A stretch of 64,000 bases of DNA from Octopus bimaculoides. Taxonomy: Eukaryota. Shown one piece after another: positions 49,204-60,330 of this stretch (position 1 is the stretch's first letter; every line of letters begins with the position of its first letter). The notes under the pieces are model-generated. The model was not told the DNA's origin. It saw nothing but the letters and a program-made list of their open reading frames with translations, and made no database searches. The stretch lies in the NCBI RefSeq assembly GCF_001194135.2, contig NC_068981.1, positions 199,746,515 to 199,810,514 on the forward strand. Reading direction: 5' to 3'. Both the position numbers and the translations under genes were made by a program.

Positions 49204-50460
49204 CTCAAAACGAAAGATCGTCGGTCAGGGTGCTTGATTCCACATTAAAAGTTGTTTCTTTTTTCTCTCTTAGTGAAAATCATGCGGGTGAAAGGTTCAA
49301 TATTTACCGAAATCTATAGTTATGCCGACAGAATCATGTTAATGTTTATAATATTACCCGAAAACGAAATATAAAAAAAAGTGCAACGGGTTTTTTAAAA
49401 AATATCGAAGTTATGAGGGGTTTTAGCACGTGCTTCCATGATAATTCCGCCTGAATACCTTCAATTTTTTAATACTTACAGAAATGATTTATAAAGGATG
49501 ATGCTGTAACTCCGTTTGGTTGTCAGTAGTCATGCTGGATAAATAGTTTTCTCTCCTGACATTCCGCGCTCCATTCATGGCACTTCACGTTGAATTCCCC
49601 TTGCAGATTCTTATAAGAAAACAAGCAAGTCACTTACAGGGACCCTAAAACTATACGAGTTTATTCCGGCTCGGAACATGATTAAAATATCTCAGTGGAA
49701 TTTTACAAAGGTTACAAGAAAGGTAATAATAACAGATCTATCTGGAAATATACAATAGGGGTTTTCTTCGGGTAAAATAAAAAAGAGGAAGTTGAGGAAA
49801 TAACCCTTAAAGATAATCATCCATTTGAGATAGGTTAATAGTTGTTATGGAGAACGTGTTGAATGTGGAGGTCTGGCATAAAATGCTGAGTCGCACAAAT
49901 CCAAATCGGAATCAGCTGAAAGTCAACCGTCAACAGGAATCCTTTGTGGCGCGAAGCCAAAGAGCTGCCACCTATAGGGATCGCCTGTAAACACTTAGCT
50001 ACCAAGGGAGGTTACCCAACCGCGCTGTATACGGATTGATGCGAGCACAACTCTCGCTAAACTATTTGTGCTACAGAAGCAATTTTGAAAACCACAACAC
50101 AATCCAAACACAAGCGAAAATCAAGTCTATTGCACATGCGTATAATATAAGAAAACATAACTCTCGTTATATCCCCTTTTCGGTTTCTCCGTCAAAAACT
50201 ACGTGTACTCCATCCCATGCAGCTGTGGTAGGTTATACAAAGGCGAAACATGCCGTCCCTTCAAAATAAGGGTAGATGAACATAGCAAAGCTTGACACGA
50301 GGAGATATTGATAAATCGGGTATAGCTGATCATGTATGGAAAAATGGAGACCACCTCCCCTTTGTGGGATGAAGTTAAAAAAAAATAGACAGAGAACACC
50401 ACTGGAAAATACGATATTAGATTTTCACTCCATAATTGCCCACGGGTATAAGGCGTAGTG

Positions 50461-50795
50461 TGGAGGCGCAATGGCCCAGTGGTTAGGGCAGCGGACTCGC
50501 GGTTTCGATTCCCAGACCGGGCGTTGTGAGTGTTTATTTAGTGAAAACACCTAAAGCTCCACGAGGCTCCGGCAGGGGATGGTGGCGAACCCTGCTGTAC
50601 TCTTTCTTCCTGTTTCTGTTGTACCTGTATTTCAAAGGGTCGGCTTTGTCACGCTGAATATCCCTGAGAACCACGTTAAGGATACACGTGTCTGTGGAGT
50701 GCTCAGCCACTTGCACGTTAATTTCACGAGCAGGCTGTTCCGTTGATCGGATCAACTGGAACCCTCGACGTCGTAAGCAACGGAGTGCCAACAAC
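50461..50795 (+). mobile_element. tRNA-derived SINE, near full length, ending in (CAA)n
   Basis: Head ggcgcaatggcccagtggttaggg...ggtttcgattccc; flanked by an 11-bp TSD AAGGCGTAGTG (50450-50460 / 50796-50806). Confidence 0.85.
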
Positions 50796-50796
50796 A

Positions 50797-50865
50797 AGGC
50801 GTAGTGGTTAAGAGCGCGGGCGACTAACCCCAAGATTCCGAGTTCGATTCCAGACAGTGACCTGA
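50797..50865 (+). promoter_or_regulatory. tRNA-like Pol III internal promoter (A and B boxes), not a complete tRNA
   Basis: A box GGCGTAGTGG, anticodon-like arm GGG-cgactaa-CCC, B box GAGTTCGATTCC; no acceptor-stem partner. Confidence 0.6.
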
Positions 50866-50935
50866 ATAATAATAATTTCAAAAAATACCTTAGGTTCAAA
50901 ATAATATCACAAAATACATTAGGTTCGAAATTTCC

Positions 50936-50976
50936 CTGATGAAGGCTAGAGGGTATATCAGCCGAAACGTTGTGTT
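50936..50976 (+). ncRNA. Hammerhead ribozyme core (type I, minimal; stem I not formed in this copy)
   Basis: CTGATGA-A-GGCT(loop)AGCC-GAAA-CGTT with palindromic AACGTT stem III; the downstream GTGTT lacks a complementary upstream strand. Confidence 0.5.
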
Positions 50977-51555
50977 AACAAACGAGATGAGGACAAATAT
51001 CTGTCAAATGGGCTTCATTGGCACGCAAACAACACTGGAAAATACGAAAACTAAAATAAGCAGCACATATGCTAGGACACAACAACCTCTTATTTTCTCT
51101 TATTCCTTTCTGTTGAAGAGCATATGTTCGAAACATAAATGCGTAAAACTAATACATTTGGTTGTTGTTCATACACCTGTCTTTGTCTTTTGTTTCTCTA
51201 TAAATTTCAACTACATACAAAAATACTCTGCTAAAGTTGTCGTATTTGTGTAATTCTAACCAATCAATGACGTGTAATTACTGCTGCTGTTTGCGAACAA
51301 CAACTTCCGGGTCCATTGAGAAAACGATGAATGTTCGACAACAAAAATTTGAATTGAAAATCTCCCCTAACAAAACCCTTCTTTAATAACCAAAGATGTT
51401 TTTATAGCAACATAGGTTTGCTGTATCAGGGTTGATTTGAGGCTAAATAACAACAGAATTATTTCTAAGACAGACCAACGACGGCGCCTTTATGTGGTTG
51501 CATGACCTGCGAGAAAAAGTAGCCAAACTCTTTTCATATACAGAATAGAAAAATC

Positions 51556-52131
51556 GGCACTATCATGCTATTAGTTGTCAGAAGTGAAAGTGCTCACTGC
51601 CTGCTAGTGAAGTATCTGCCTGTTGCTGGCCTGTCGATTCTTTGGCTACTGACAGCTAATACCATGACTGGCCGGAGCGAGCTATATGTCTGTCTGTCTG
51701 TCTGTCTCTCTATCTATCTATTTATCTATTACTCGAAAGTTCGCGCGTCCGCGCTAGCTAGTCGTGAGTAGAAAATACAAATTTAATATAAAAACATATT
51801 TCCTGAAATTGCAAATTATTTAAAATATAAAAATATAATTTTCAACAGAGAGAATTTATCAAAATAGAAAACAAATGAAGTTTGAAGTTTAAAAATAATA
51901 GGATCGACCACTCACGACTAGCTAGCGCGGACGCGCGAACTTTCGAGTAATAGATAGATAGATAGAGAGAGAGACAGACAGACAGACATATAGCTCGCTC
52001 CGGCCAGTCATGGTATTAGCTGTCAGTAGCCAAAGAATCGACAGGCCAGCAACAGGCATGCAGGCAGACAGACAGATACTTCACTAGCATTGAGCACTTT
52101 CACTTCTGACAGCTAATAGCATGATAGTGCC
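51556..52131. mobile_element. Second copy of the Merlin-type foldback MITE (576 bp)
   Basis: Same arms and near-identical spacer as 48279-48818; its own perfect 8-bp TSD GAAAAATC (51548-51555 / 52132-52139). Confidence 0.92.
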
Positions 52132-53764
52132 GAAAAATCTCTATCCTGTGATATACACGTAAGAGTCCATCATGTTTGGGAAGAAAGACGGAATGGTCAC
52201 AATTGGGATGTCTTTGATCATATCTGTTTAATCAGATCCAACTCGGGATTAAACGACAAGTGACGAAGGGAACGAGACGAGGCAACGAGAGAGCCTTTAC
52301 CTGGTCTCTCGAGTTGCTAGACGAAAAGACAAAAAGGAAAATGAAATTTCCGTCTTCAAAAAAAAAAAAAATGCAAGTTTATATTATTTTATAATGTTTG
52401 CTTAGGAATTCATTACTTCTAGAAAAGAATAAGACAAAATGGTCATGGCTGGAGCGCCTTTTCTCACAGATCCATTACAATCAGAGCTATCCTGTGGTTA
52501 AAACAATATTCTTCACTGAATGATGAAGCAGCTAAAGTTAAGAAAAGTTGAAAGAACAAAAGACAGCAAGTATCCATATTCCAAATATAAGGATTCCCTT
52601 GACTGGTGTAATTTATTCAGATTTTCGTATGAAATAAATAGAAAATGTTATGGGAACTCGGTACATATTATAGGTATAAAAACCTATGTAGCTATAGAAA
52701 CATCTCTGGTTATCAAAGAAAGGTTTTTGTCAGGGTTTTCTCAATGGACCTGGAAGTTGTTCGCAAACAGCAGCAGTAATTTTCTTCAGCTGAATACACG
52801 TCATTGATTGGTTAAAATTACTCAAATACGACAACTTTAACACGAAATAACTTCTAAAATACAAAATTTTGTCAAAAGCGTTAAGAGTAAATCCTGTTCT
52901 ATGTGATACATTCTACCGAAGTTTCAAAATGTTTAGTTAAAAAGAGTTAATTTAAAAATTTGGCCGTCAGATTGAAAAGATCCCAAGATTCTTCAGTGGT
53001 TGGCACGGCGTCAACTAATTTATACACGTGCAAAAATTGCAATTCGCAATGTTACCTTATTTGTTGTTTAACAGTAAGTTGACTTATGTTCTTTTACTTG
53101 TTATCTCCTTAATTCTTATTTACTTTTTTAATATCTCAACTTCCTGTCCATCACAAAATCGCAGACTACACCATACACGTGAACACAAAAACACAAAATT
53201 CACTTGTGAAGTTGTGAAAAACACTCGCCACCCTGCCTGACGAAGGTCACTTACTGCTAGTTCTCACTACGTACGCAATCATGTGCTGCCATTTGTTGGC
53301 GCGCTACAGAACTAGTTAGGGAAACTTTTTGATACTACCTCGTACATTCATTCACAAATGTTTATATATAGCCGTGTATATAAAGCCGATGACATAAATA
53401 TGTTAATGATCTTTATTTTATTTTTAGATCAAATAAATAATCTTTTATTACATATATAACACATATGTATATGATACAGAGATAGTACAAAAGAAAGATA
53501 AAGAAAAAGGAACACAAAACAAAAAGGGGGAGAAAGAATTGTAAATTCTCGATCTTTCGTGTGTGTTAATTCTTTTTTTATGTGGATTATTTGGAATGAA
53601 TAGTTAAGCCAAGTAAGTGATGTTGTTTGGTCTCAGTTTATCCCGATTGTGAAGTTTACGATGAAGAGAGTGGCAGCCGTTTTTTCTTTTTCTTTTGCAT
53701 TTTTAAAACTATAATGTATCTTTCCTATTATACGTCAACAGTTTTCTTTGTGGGGAAATTAGCT

Positions 53765-53960
53765 GCCCTTTCTAGCAGGTCGCCCAATTATGTTGACACT
53801 CTCACTAATACGTGTTACTTAAATGATTCGATTGAAGGAAGAATCTCATATAACTTCTATTATTTTGAATGCGTTAACGAATGCCTAAAATTGTGTTAGG
53901 GACTTTTACCATATGTCACCGGTGTCATTGAGATGGAGAAAATTTTCAATGACACCACTG
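53765..53960 (+). promoter_or_regulatory. Conserved upstream block of paralogue C
   Basis: tagggacttttaccatatgtcaccggtgtcattgag...tcaatgacaccact; 11-bp inverted repeat 53921-53931 / 53946-53956. Confidence 0.55.
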
Positions 53961-53961
53961 A

Positions 53962-54094
53962 GTAAGTATCTTCATTATTTAGTTAATTTACGTCATGTGT
54001 AGTAATTATTCGAATTATTTCATGTAAACACAGTTCCGTACTATCTGAGACGAGAAACAGAATCCTAATCGATAGCATTCAAAAGCATTTTCAG
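53962..54094 (+). other. Predicted 5'UTR intron of paralogue C (133 nt)
   Basis: Donor TGA|GTAAGT at 53962, acceptor TTTTCAG| at 54094, 27 nt before the MEDVNPL ATG. Confidence 0.5.
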
Positions 54095-54121
54095 TTTTTG
54101 ATGCTTCCTAAATTATTTAAT

Positions 54122-55210
54122 ATGGAAGACGTTAATCCCTTGGACACTTTTAATAACGCACCTGTTTTCAACAATATCGATTCAGTAACAGAAATACACA
54201 GTGGTGAGAAATCTTTATCTTGTGAAACATTTACTAAACAAATATCACCAGACAGAAATATTCCTGAATATTGTTGTGAGGTTTGTAAGAAAACATTTTC
54301 TTCAGAACAGGAATTCTTTACACACAAAGAAATACACGACAGAGGAAAACCCTTCCACTGTGAAATATGTGGGAAAGCTTTTGATTATAATAGTTATTTA
54401 ACGAAGCACAAAAGAATCCACACTGGCGAAAAACCGTTTCACTGTGAAATATGCAGGAAATCTTTTGTTAGTAATTCGAATCTTCTTATACACAAACGTA
54501 GTCACAGTGGAGAAAAACCTTATCATTGTGATATATGTGGGAAATCATTTATGATAAACAGTTATTTAACAACACACAAAAGAATCCACACTGGAGAGAA
54601 ACCTTGCCGTTGCGAAATCTGTGGGAAATCTTTCTCTGATTATTCTAGTCTTATAGTTCACAAACGCAGTCACACTGGAGAAAAACCCTATCACTGTGAT
54701 GTATGTGGCAAATCGTTTGTCTCCAGCAGTAATTTAACTAAACATAAAATAATACACACTGGAGAAAAACCGTTTCACTGTGAAATATGTGGGAAATCTT
54801 TCACTCAGAATTCAAGTCTTGTAATTCACGTCCGTAGTCACACTGGAGAACAACCATATCACTGTGAAATTTGTGGGAAATCTTTTGGAAATAATCGTGA
54901 TTTAAAAAGTCATGAACGAATACATACTGGTGAAAAGCCGTACAATTGTGAAATATGCGGGAAATCATTTTCCGTTAATTCTTGTCTTGTGGTTCACAAA
55001 AGAATCCACACTGGAGAAAAACCTTATCGTTGTGATATATGTGGAAAATCGTTCTCTGATTATTCCAGTCTTGTAGTTCACAAAAGAATCCATACTGGTG
55101 AAAAGCCATATCAATGTGGAGTATGTGGTAAATCATTTATCACGAATGGTCACTTAAAAACACACACACAAATACACAGTGGTGAAAAGTCTTTTAACTG
55201 TGAAATGTAA
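54122..55210 (+). CDS. Poly-C2H2 zinc-finger protein, 362 aa, 11 fingers, MEDVNPL-leader subfamily (paralogue C)
   Basis: Intact ORF; an alternative in-frame ATG at 54101 would add 7 aa; candidate AATAAA at 55365-55370. Confidence 0.95.
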   Translation: MEDVNPLDTFNNAPVFNNIDSVTEIHSGEKSLSCETFTKQISPDRNIPEYCCEVCKKTFSSEQEFFTHKEIHDRGKPFHCEICGKAFDYNSYLTKHKRIHTGEKPFHCEICRKSFVSNSNLLIHKRSHSGEKPYHCDICGKSFMINSYLTTHKRIHTGEKPCRCEICGKSFSDYSSLIVHKRSHTGEKPYHCDVCGKSFVSSSNLTKHKIIHTGEKPFHCEICGKSFTQNSSLVIHVRSHTGEQPYHCEICGKSFGNNRDLKSHERIHTGEKPYNCEICGKSFSVNSCLVVHKRIHTGEKPYRCDICGKSFSDYSSLVVHKRIHTGEKPYQCGVCGKSFITNGHLKTHTQIHSGEKSFNCEM

Positions 55211-55238
55211 GAAAGTTTTGTAAATCTAAATCTACAAG

Positions 55239-55291
<53 letters not shown>

Positions 55292-55954
55292 NNNNNNNNN
55301 NNNNNNNNNNNNNNNNNNNNNNNNNTTTCAATTCTTATCTTTAGTTTACAAATATAATGTCATTAATAAATCCTTATTTTTGGATAATAGAGTTATTGTT
55401 GAATAGCACAAAGTTTTATCAAAATGAGAAATCTTTCACACTGAAATCCATGTGAAGTAAATCTATATTTATATTGCACTGGTGAATTTTGACTACAGTA
55501 AAAAAAATTATCATTGTGAAATATGTTGGAAAACATTCTCTGAGTTCTAGTGCTGTAATCCATAAATTCACTCTGGAGAAAGATCTATTTATTGTTATTT
55601 GTCTTTAATGTACCTAACAGAGACCCAGTTTTATAGATTATGACTGGAAAAACACAAAGGTAAAACTTTATAGATATGAAATTGGTGCAAAATTATTGCC
55701 ATTTAAAATGTTAAGAAAACAAGAAAATATTCAAAAGATTTGTTGAAAATATTCTCTATAAATAAAAAAACGAACAAATAATTGAGAAGTTCATGTAAAT
55801 CTTGTCATTATAGTTTAGGACAAATTATTCACATTTATATATAAAGTGAACTCTTATTTTAGAAAATATTAATTTCAAAAGATAATCTTATAATTATAAT
55901 AGATGCTTATGGGTATTTTCTGATATTATTAGTTTCCAAATTTGATTTTCCACT

Positions 55955-57435
55955 CTTTTACTTGTTTCAGTCATTTGACTGCAGCCATGCTGGAGCAGTG
56001 CTTTTAGTCGAGCACATCGACCCCAGGACTTATTCTATCAGTCTCTTTTTGTCGAACCACTAAGTTACGGGGACATAAACACACCATCATCGGTTGTCAA
56101 GCGATGTTAGGGGGACAAACACAGACACACAAACATACACACACACACACATACATATATATATATACTAGCAGAAACACCCGGCATTGCCCGGGTTAAA
56201 GAGAATAATGAAATTTAAAAACGCTGTCTAGACTACGCAACCCTCAACTGTTAGTAGCTACGATACCATATTTCTACATTAATAACTCTCCAATCCATGC
56301 CAGCATGGAACATAGACATTAAGCGGAATGCCAGTCTCTCATCTGGGAAGGCCTTGAAATCAATGTTACCAACTGGGGACTATGTGTGTCGCAGTGATAA
56401 TAAAAAGACTCAAGGGTCTGCAACGAAATAATTTTACTCAACACTTTGCAAGTGAATCAGTGGAGGCAAAGATGCGTCTCATTTACTTGACAATTTATGC
56501 ACCACATTGCAGAAATCACAATGTAAGTATATCTGAAAGGNNNNNNNNNNNNNNNNNNNNNNNNNNNNNNNNNNNNNNNNNNNNNNNNNNNNNNNNNNNN
56601 NNNNNNNNNNNNNNNNNNNNNNNNNNNNNNNNNNNNNNNNNNNNNNNNNNNNNNNNNNNNNNNNNNNNNNNNNNNNNNNNNNNNNNNNNNNNNNNNNNNN
56701 NNNNNNNNNNNNNNNNNNNNNNNNNNNNNNNNNNNNNNNNNNNNNNNNNNNNNNNNNNNNNNNNNNNNNNNNNNNNNNNNNNNNNNNNNNNNNNNNNNNN
56801 NNNNNNNNNNNNNNNNNNNNNNNNNNNNNNNNNNNNNNNNNNNNNNNNNNNNNNNNNNNNNNNNNNNNNNNNNNNNNNNNNNNNNNNNNNNNNNNNNNNN
56901 NNNNNNNNNNNNNNNNNNNNNNNNNNNNNNNNNNNNNNNNNNNNNNNNNNNNNNNNNNNNNNNNNNNNNNNNNNNNNNNNNNNNNNNNNNNNNNNNNNNN
57001 NNNNNNNNNNNNNNNNNNNNNNNNNNNNNNNNNNNNNNNNNNNNNNNNNNNNNNNNNNNACGTAATACTTAAATAGTGGAGGAGATATTATGTTGCCGTG
57101 GGCTTGAACTCTGCAAGAAGTTAAAAAATTTTTTTGACTAAAACACAACTGGAACCCTAAGTAAGGCATCTGTAAAATTTGAATGAAATTGGTTGCGTAG
57201 TTCTCGAGTTTTAGGGATTCACACACACACACGGACAGACAGACAGACACACATTCTCATTTTTATATATATAGATATATATACGACAGGCTTCTTTCAG
57301 TTTCCGTCTACCAAATCCACTCACAAGGCTTTGGTTAGCCCGAGGCTATAGTAGAAGACACTTGCCCAAGGTGCCATGCAGTGGGAATGAACCCAGAGCC
57401 ATGTGGTTGGCAAGCAAGCTACTTACCACACAGCC
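55955..57435 (-). mobile_element. tRNA-derived SINE split at its (TA)n by a Helitron
   Basis: The 3' half at 55955-56166 and the 5' half at 57276-57435 rejoin into one SINE. Confidence 0.8.
56168..57275 (-). mobile_element. Non-autonomous Helitron (about 1.1 kb including a gap)
   Basis: Minus strand: A|TC 5' end at 57275; 3' hairpin CCCGG/CCGGG (56180-56195) 8 nt before CTAG|T at 56168; no TSD; internal (GACA)n. Confidence 0.75.
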
Positions 57436-58917
57436 TAATATTTTACAACAAAATTTTCTTTAATAATATTGACTTTGTATGTAATTTACACAAAAATCAA
57501 GGTGGTGGGTCCCCATATCTTGTTACACATCAGGCAGTTAAAGCATTCCACAAACTTTGTTGTAATGACAGGGCTTTTATGAAGAGTTCGAAATCTGCAC
57601 TTATTTGGGTATTTTTGGTCTTTTGCTCGTTTATGTTGACAGCCATGTTTGGTGGTTTCTTTTTGTTTATTTGTTGTTACTGTTAAGGTGAAGTCTACTA
57701 GGACCATTACCAAAAATGTTGAATAGATGTTACCAGAACTACAAAAATCAAGTCTGAGAGATTATCATCTTTAAACCATCTTGCAACACCAATCCTTAGT
57801 TAGCTCCAGCTAAAATAGTAAGTGAATTACAATAGATGAAGTTGGTCTCTGTTATACTTTGCTGAGGGTCTACAAACCAGCTGTTGTAGCCAATTGTACG
57901 ATATTTGATGTGCTCTTAAATCTTGAATGGTGATAATAACCAACCAAATTGGTTTTCAGTATAAAAAGTAACTTGTACCAAGTGTGTCTGTGAAACTGGA
58001 TATTTGTAATAATGTATACTCCTAACACTTCATTCATTAGAATGTACCATAAAGTGAAAGTTTGCTCTGTATATGGCCTGAAAAGATCAGATCATTTATA
58101 TAACTCAGTTATATTTTTGAAACACCTTCCACAGTCTTCACAGCAGTGACACCCTTCTCCAATTCTCTCATTCAGGATTGTTTCAATAACTATCATATGA
58201 CTACTTCTCTCTTAGCATTTAGAATTTCTTTGCTGAATCTGTTCATATTTGGTAATTAGTTTTCTTAACCTCTTTCTCTCTTTGAATATCTGCACTGAGA
58301 ATCAGTGAGTGGTGGTCACCAGCTGACTTTGCAAAAGATCCACATCACTGGTTGATGTCAAAGAGATAACTGAGTGCGTAGTAGTGTATTGTCTGGGATG
58401 TGTTGTTGAAAATAAGAAGATTTTGGCAAATTTAAGTGAGATTCAAACAAGGAATGACAGAACTGAATAGATGTATTTCTATAGTGAGTCTTTATAATGA
58501 TTAAGATGTGTATTTTTGTTGTTTATCATTCTTCCTAGTGATGTTAGTTGACGTAATCTAATGTTGTATTTGAGAGAAGGATTAGTGATATGACGGTGTT
58601 ATTTATCAGCCAATGCATGCAAATAGAAGAAGTAAATAATTTGTTTTAAAATATATTTTGAAACATTCTTTTCTTCTCTAAATTATGATTAACATATTTC
58701 CTCTTTTTCACTCTGGTGTTCCTCCACAATCCTGGGGCTTACTTCTCAAATTAAGTTTCTTTGCTTTCAGTAATTTCTCCTTTTATTCATCTATATATGT
58801 TATACATGTGTATATTTCCTATTAAGATTATATACATTATGAAAACTTCAGAGAAGGAAACTTATATAATTTTCCTTCCCTCATTTAATAGTCACAATTT
58901 ATTCATATTTATTCTGT

Positions 58918-58952
<35 letters not shown>
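58918..58952. repeat. (GTA)n microsatellite
   Basis: tagtagtag... read directly. Confidence 0.95.
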
Positions 58953-58953
<1 letters not shown>

Positions 58954-59519
58954 CAGCCTGTTAAACTCCCCCTTTAAAAAATTTTCTTTCTTTCTTCTCA
59001 GCACTATGCTTAATGTATTTCCTCTCTCTCTCTCTCTCTCTCTGCTGTCCTCACAAAACTTGAAGTTTGCTTGTTTGGGATGTGACTGCCCTTACCTGCT
59101 CTGACCACAAATACTAATCCATAACAAACCTCCACCTCTTACTTTCTGTAAATATCTGCGTGTCCCCGCCTCCCAGCTGCTATCCCCCATTGCACCAGGT
59201 CCCTGCTAGCAACACTTGTAAAAGTCATAGCAAACACATGCTACAATGGTACTCTTAATGACATTAGGAGTCTTTATATATTTATTTATTGATTAATAAT
59301 AGCTTGACCAGCATATGAGTAAGTATTGCAGATTGAATGAATGATGGTAAATTTAATGAAAGGGAAAAAGTTACCGTGTGTATAAATCTAGTGACTGTTG
59401 GGCAATGCATAGACCAACTTTTCTTACTTCCCACGGGTACCAAGGTAGTCAGACTAAAAGGTACCAACTATGAAGCAGATTTACCACCAAAGCCACACCT
59501 CCTCTTTCTGTAATTTCTA

Positions 59520-60330
59520 AAACTTTAGGCCAGCATCAGATGTGATGTGCAAGAGAGATGACTATGCAGGTATGGTCATATGTTGCGTATAGATGAGGGC
59601 AGCTGTGTGAAGAAGTTTCACACCCTAACTGGAGGGAACCTGTGGAAAAGGTAGACCCAGAAAGACCTAGGATGAGATGATGACTGGCTCCTGTGTTGGT
59701 GGCACATAAAAAGCACCCACTACACTCTTGGAGTGGTTGGCATTAGGAAGGGCATCCAGCTGTAGAAACATTGCCAAAATAGATTGGAGCCTGGTACAAC
59801 CTCTTGGCTTGCTAGTCCTCAGTTAAACCATCGAACCCATGCCAGGATGGAATGCAGACGTTAAATGATGATGATGAAAGATAGGTCTGGTGAGATTGTG
59901 GAACTGTTGGAGCGAAGATGAATGGTTGTGTACTGGAGGTAAGGTGAAAGGGATCTTCAACCAAACTCTACATGGGTAAGAAACAACAGTACAAATTCTT
60001 CTGGGTGAATAATAGTGATAGCAGGGATATGTTACTGTTAGCTGAGAGTTGGATAGAAAAAGCAGTCGAGGTAGTTAGGGTGTGTGATAAAATAATTAGG
60101 TTGGGACTACAGGCAATTCAATTGTCTTGGAATGTGCTCCATAGATGGGACTGCTAGAAGAACAGAAGGACTGTTTCTATATGGAACTCTTCTGCAGACT
60201 ACCTCAGGTAGCTTATTGTGGATGGTGACTTCAGTGGACATACTAGCCAGCATGTTGATGACTTCTGCTACATACATGGAGGCTATGATTCAGGATTGGG
60301 AAATGAAGAGGGTGTAAGGCCCATGGACTG
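59520..60330 (+). mobile_element. RTE LINE 3' end (59520-59880) followed by an APE-domain fragment of another copy
   Basis: QERRL..YGHMLRIDEGSCVKK..GTCGKGRPRKT; then YKFFWVN..D....LAESWIEK.VEV.RVCD.II and GDFSGH..QH...HGGY. Confidence 0.7.

Larger units (their letters stand above)
49900..51020 (+). mobile_element. Penelope-like element 3' relic (GIY-YIG plus tail) with nested SINE
   Basis: KNYVYSIPCSCGRLYKGETCRPFKIRVDEH.KA..RGDIDKSGIADHVWKNGDH.PLWDEVK..DREHHWKIR at about 50195-50415; the tail carries a tRNA-like segment and a hammerhead core. Confidence 0.75.

Noticed and set aside
50797-50865. Functional tRNA gene
   Set aside because: No acceptor stem; embedded in repeat context.
53898-53910. 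GGGACTTTTA as an NF-kB site
   Set aside because: Lacks the terminal CC of GGGRNNYYCC in all three copies; kept only as an unnamed conserved motif.
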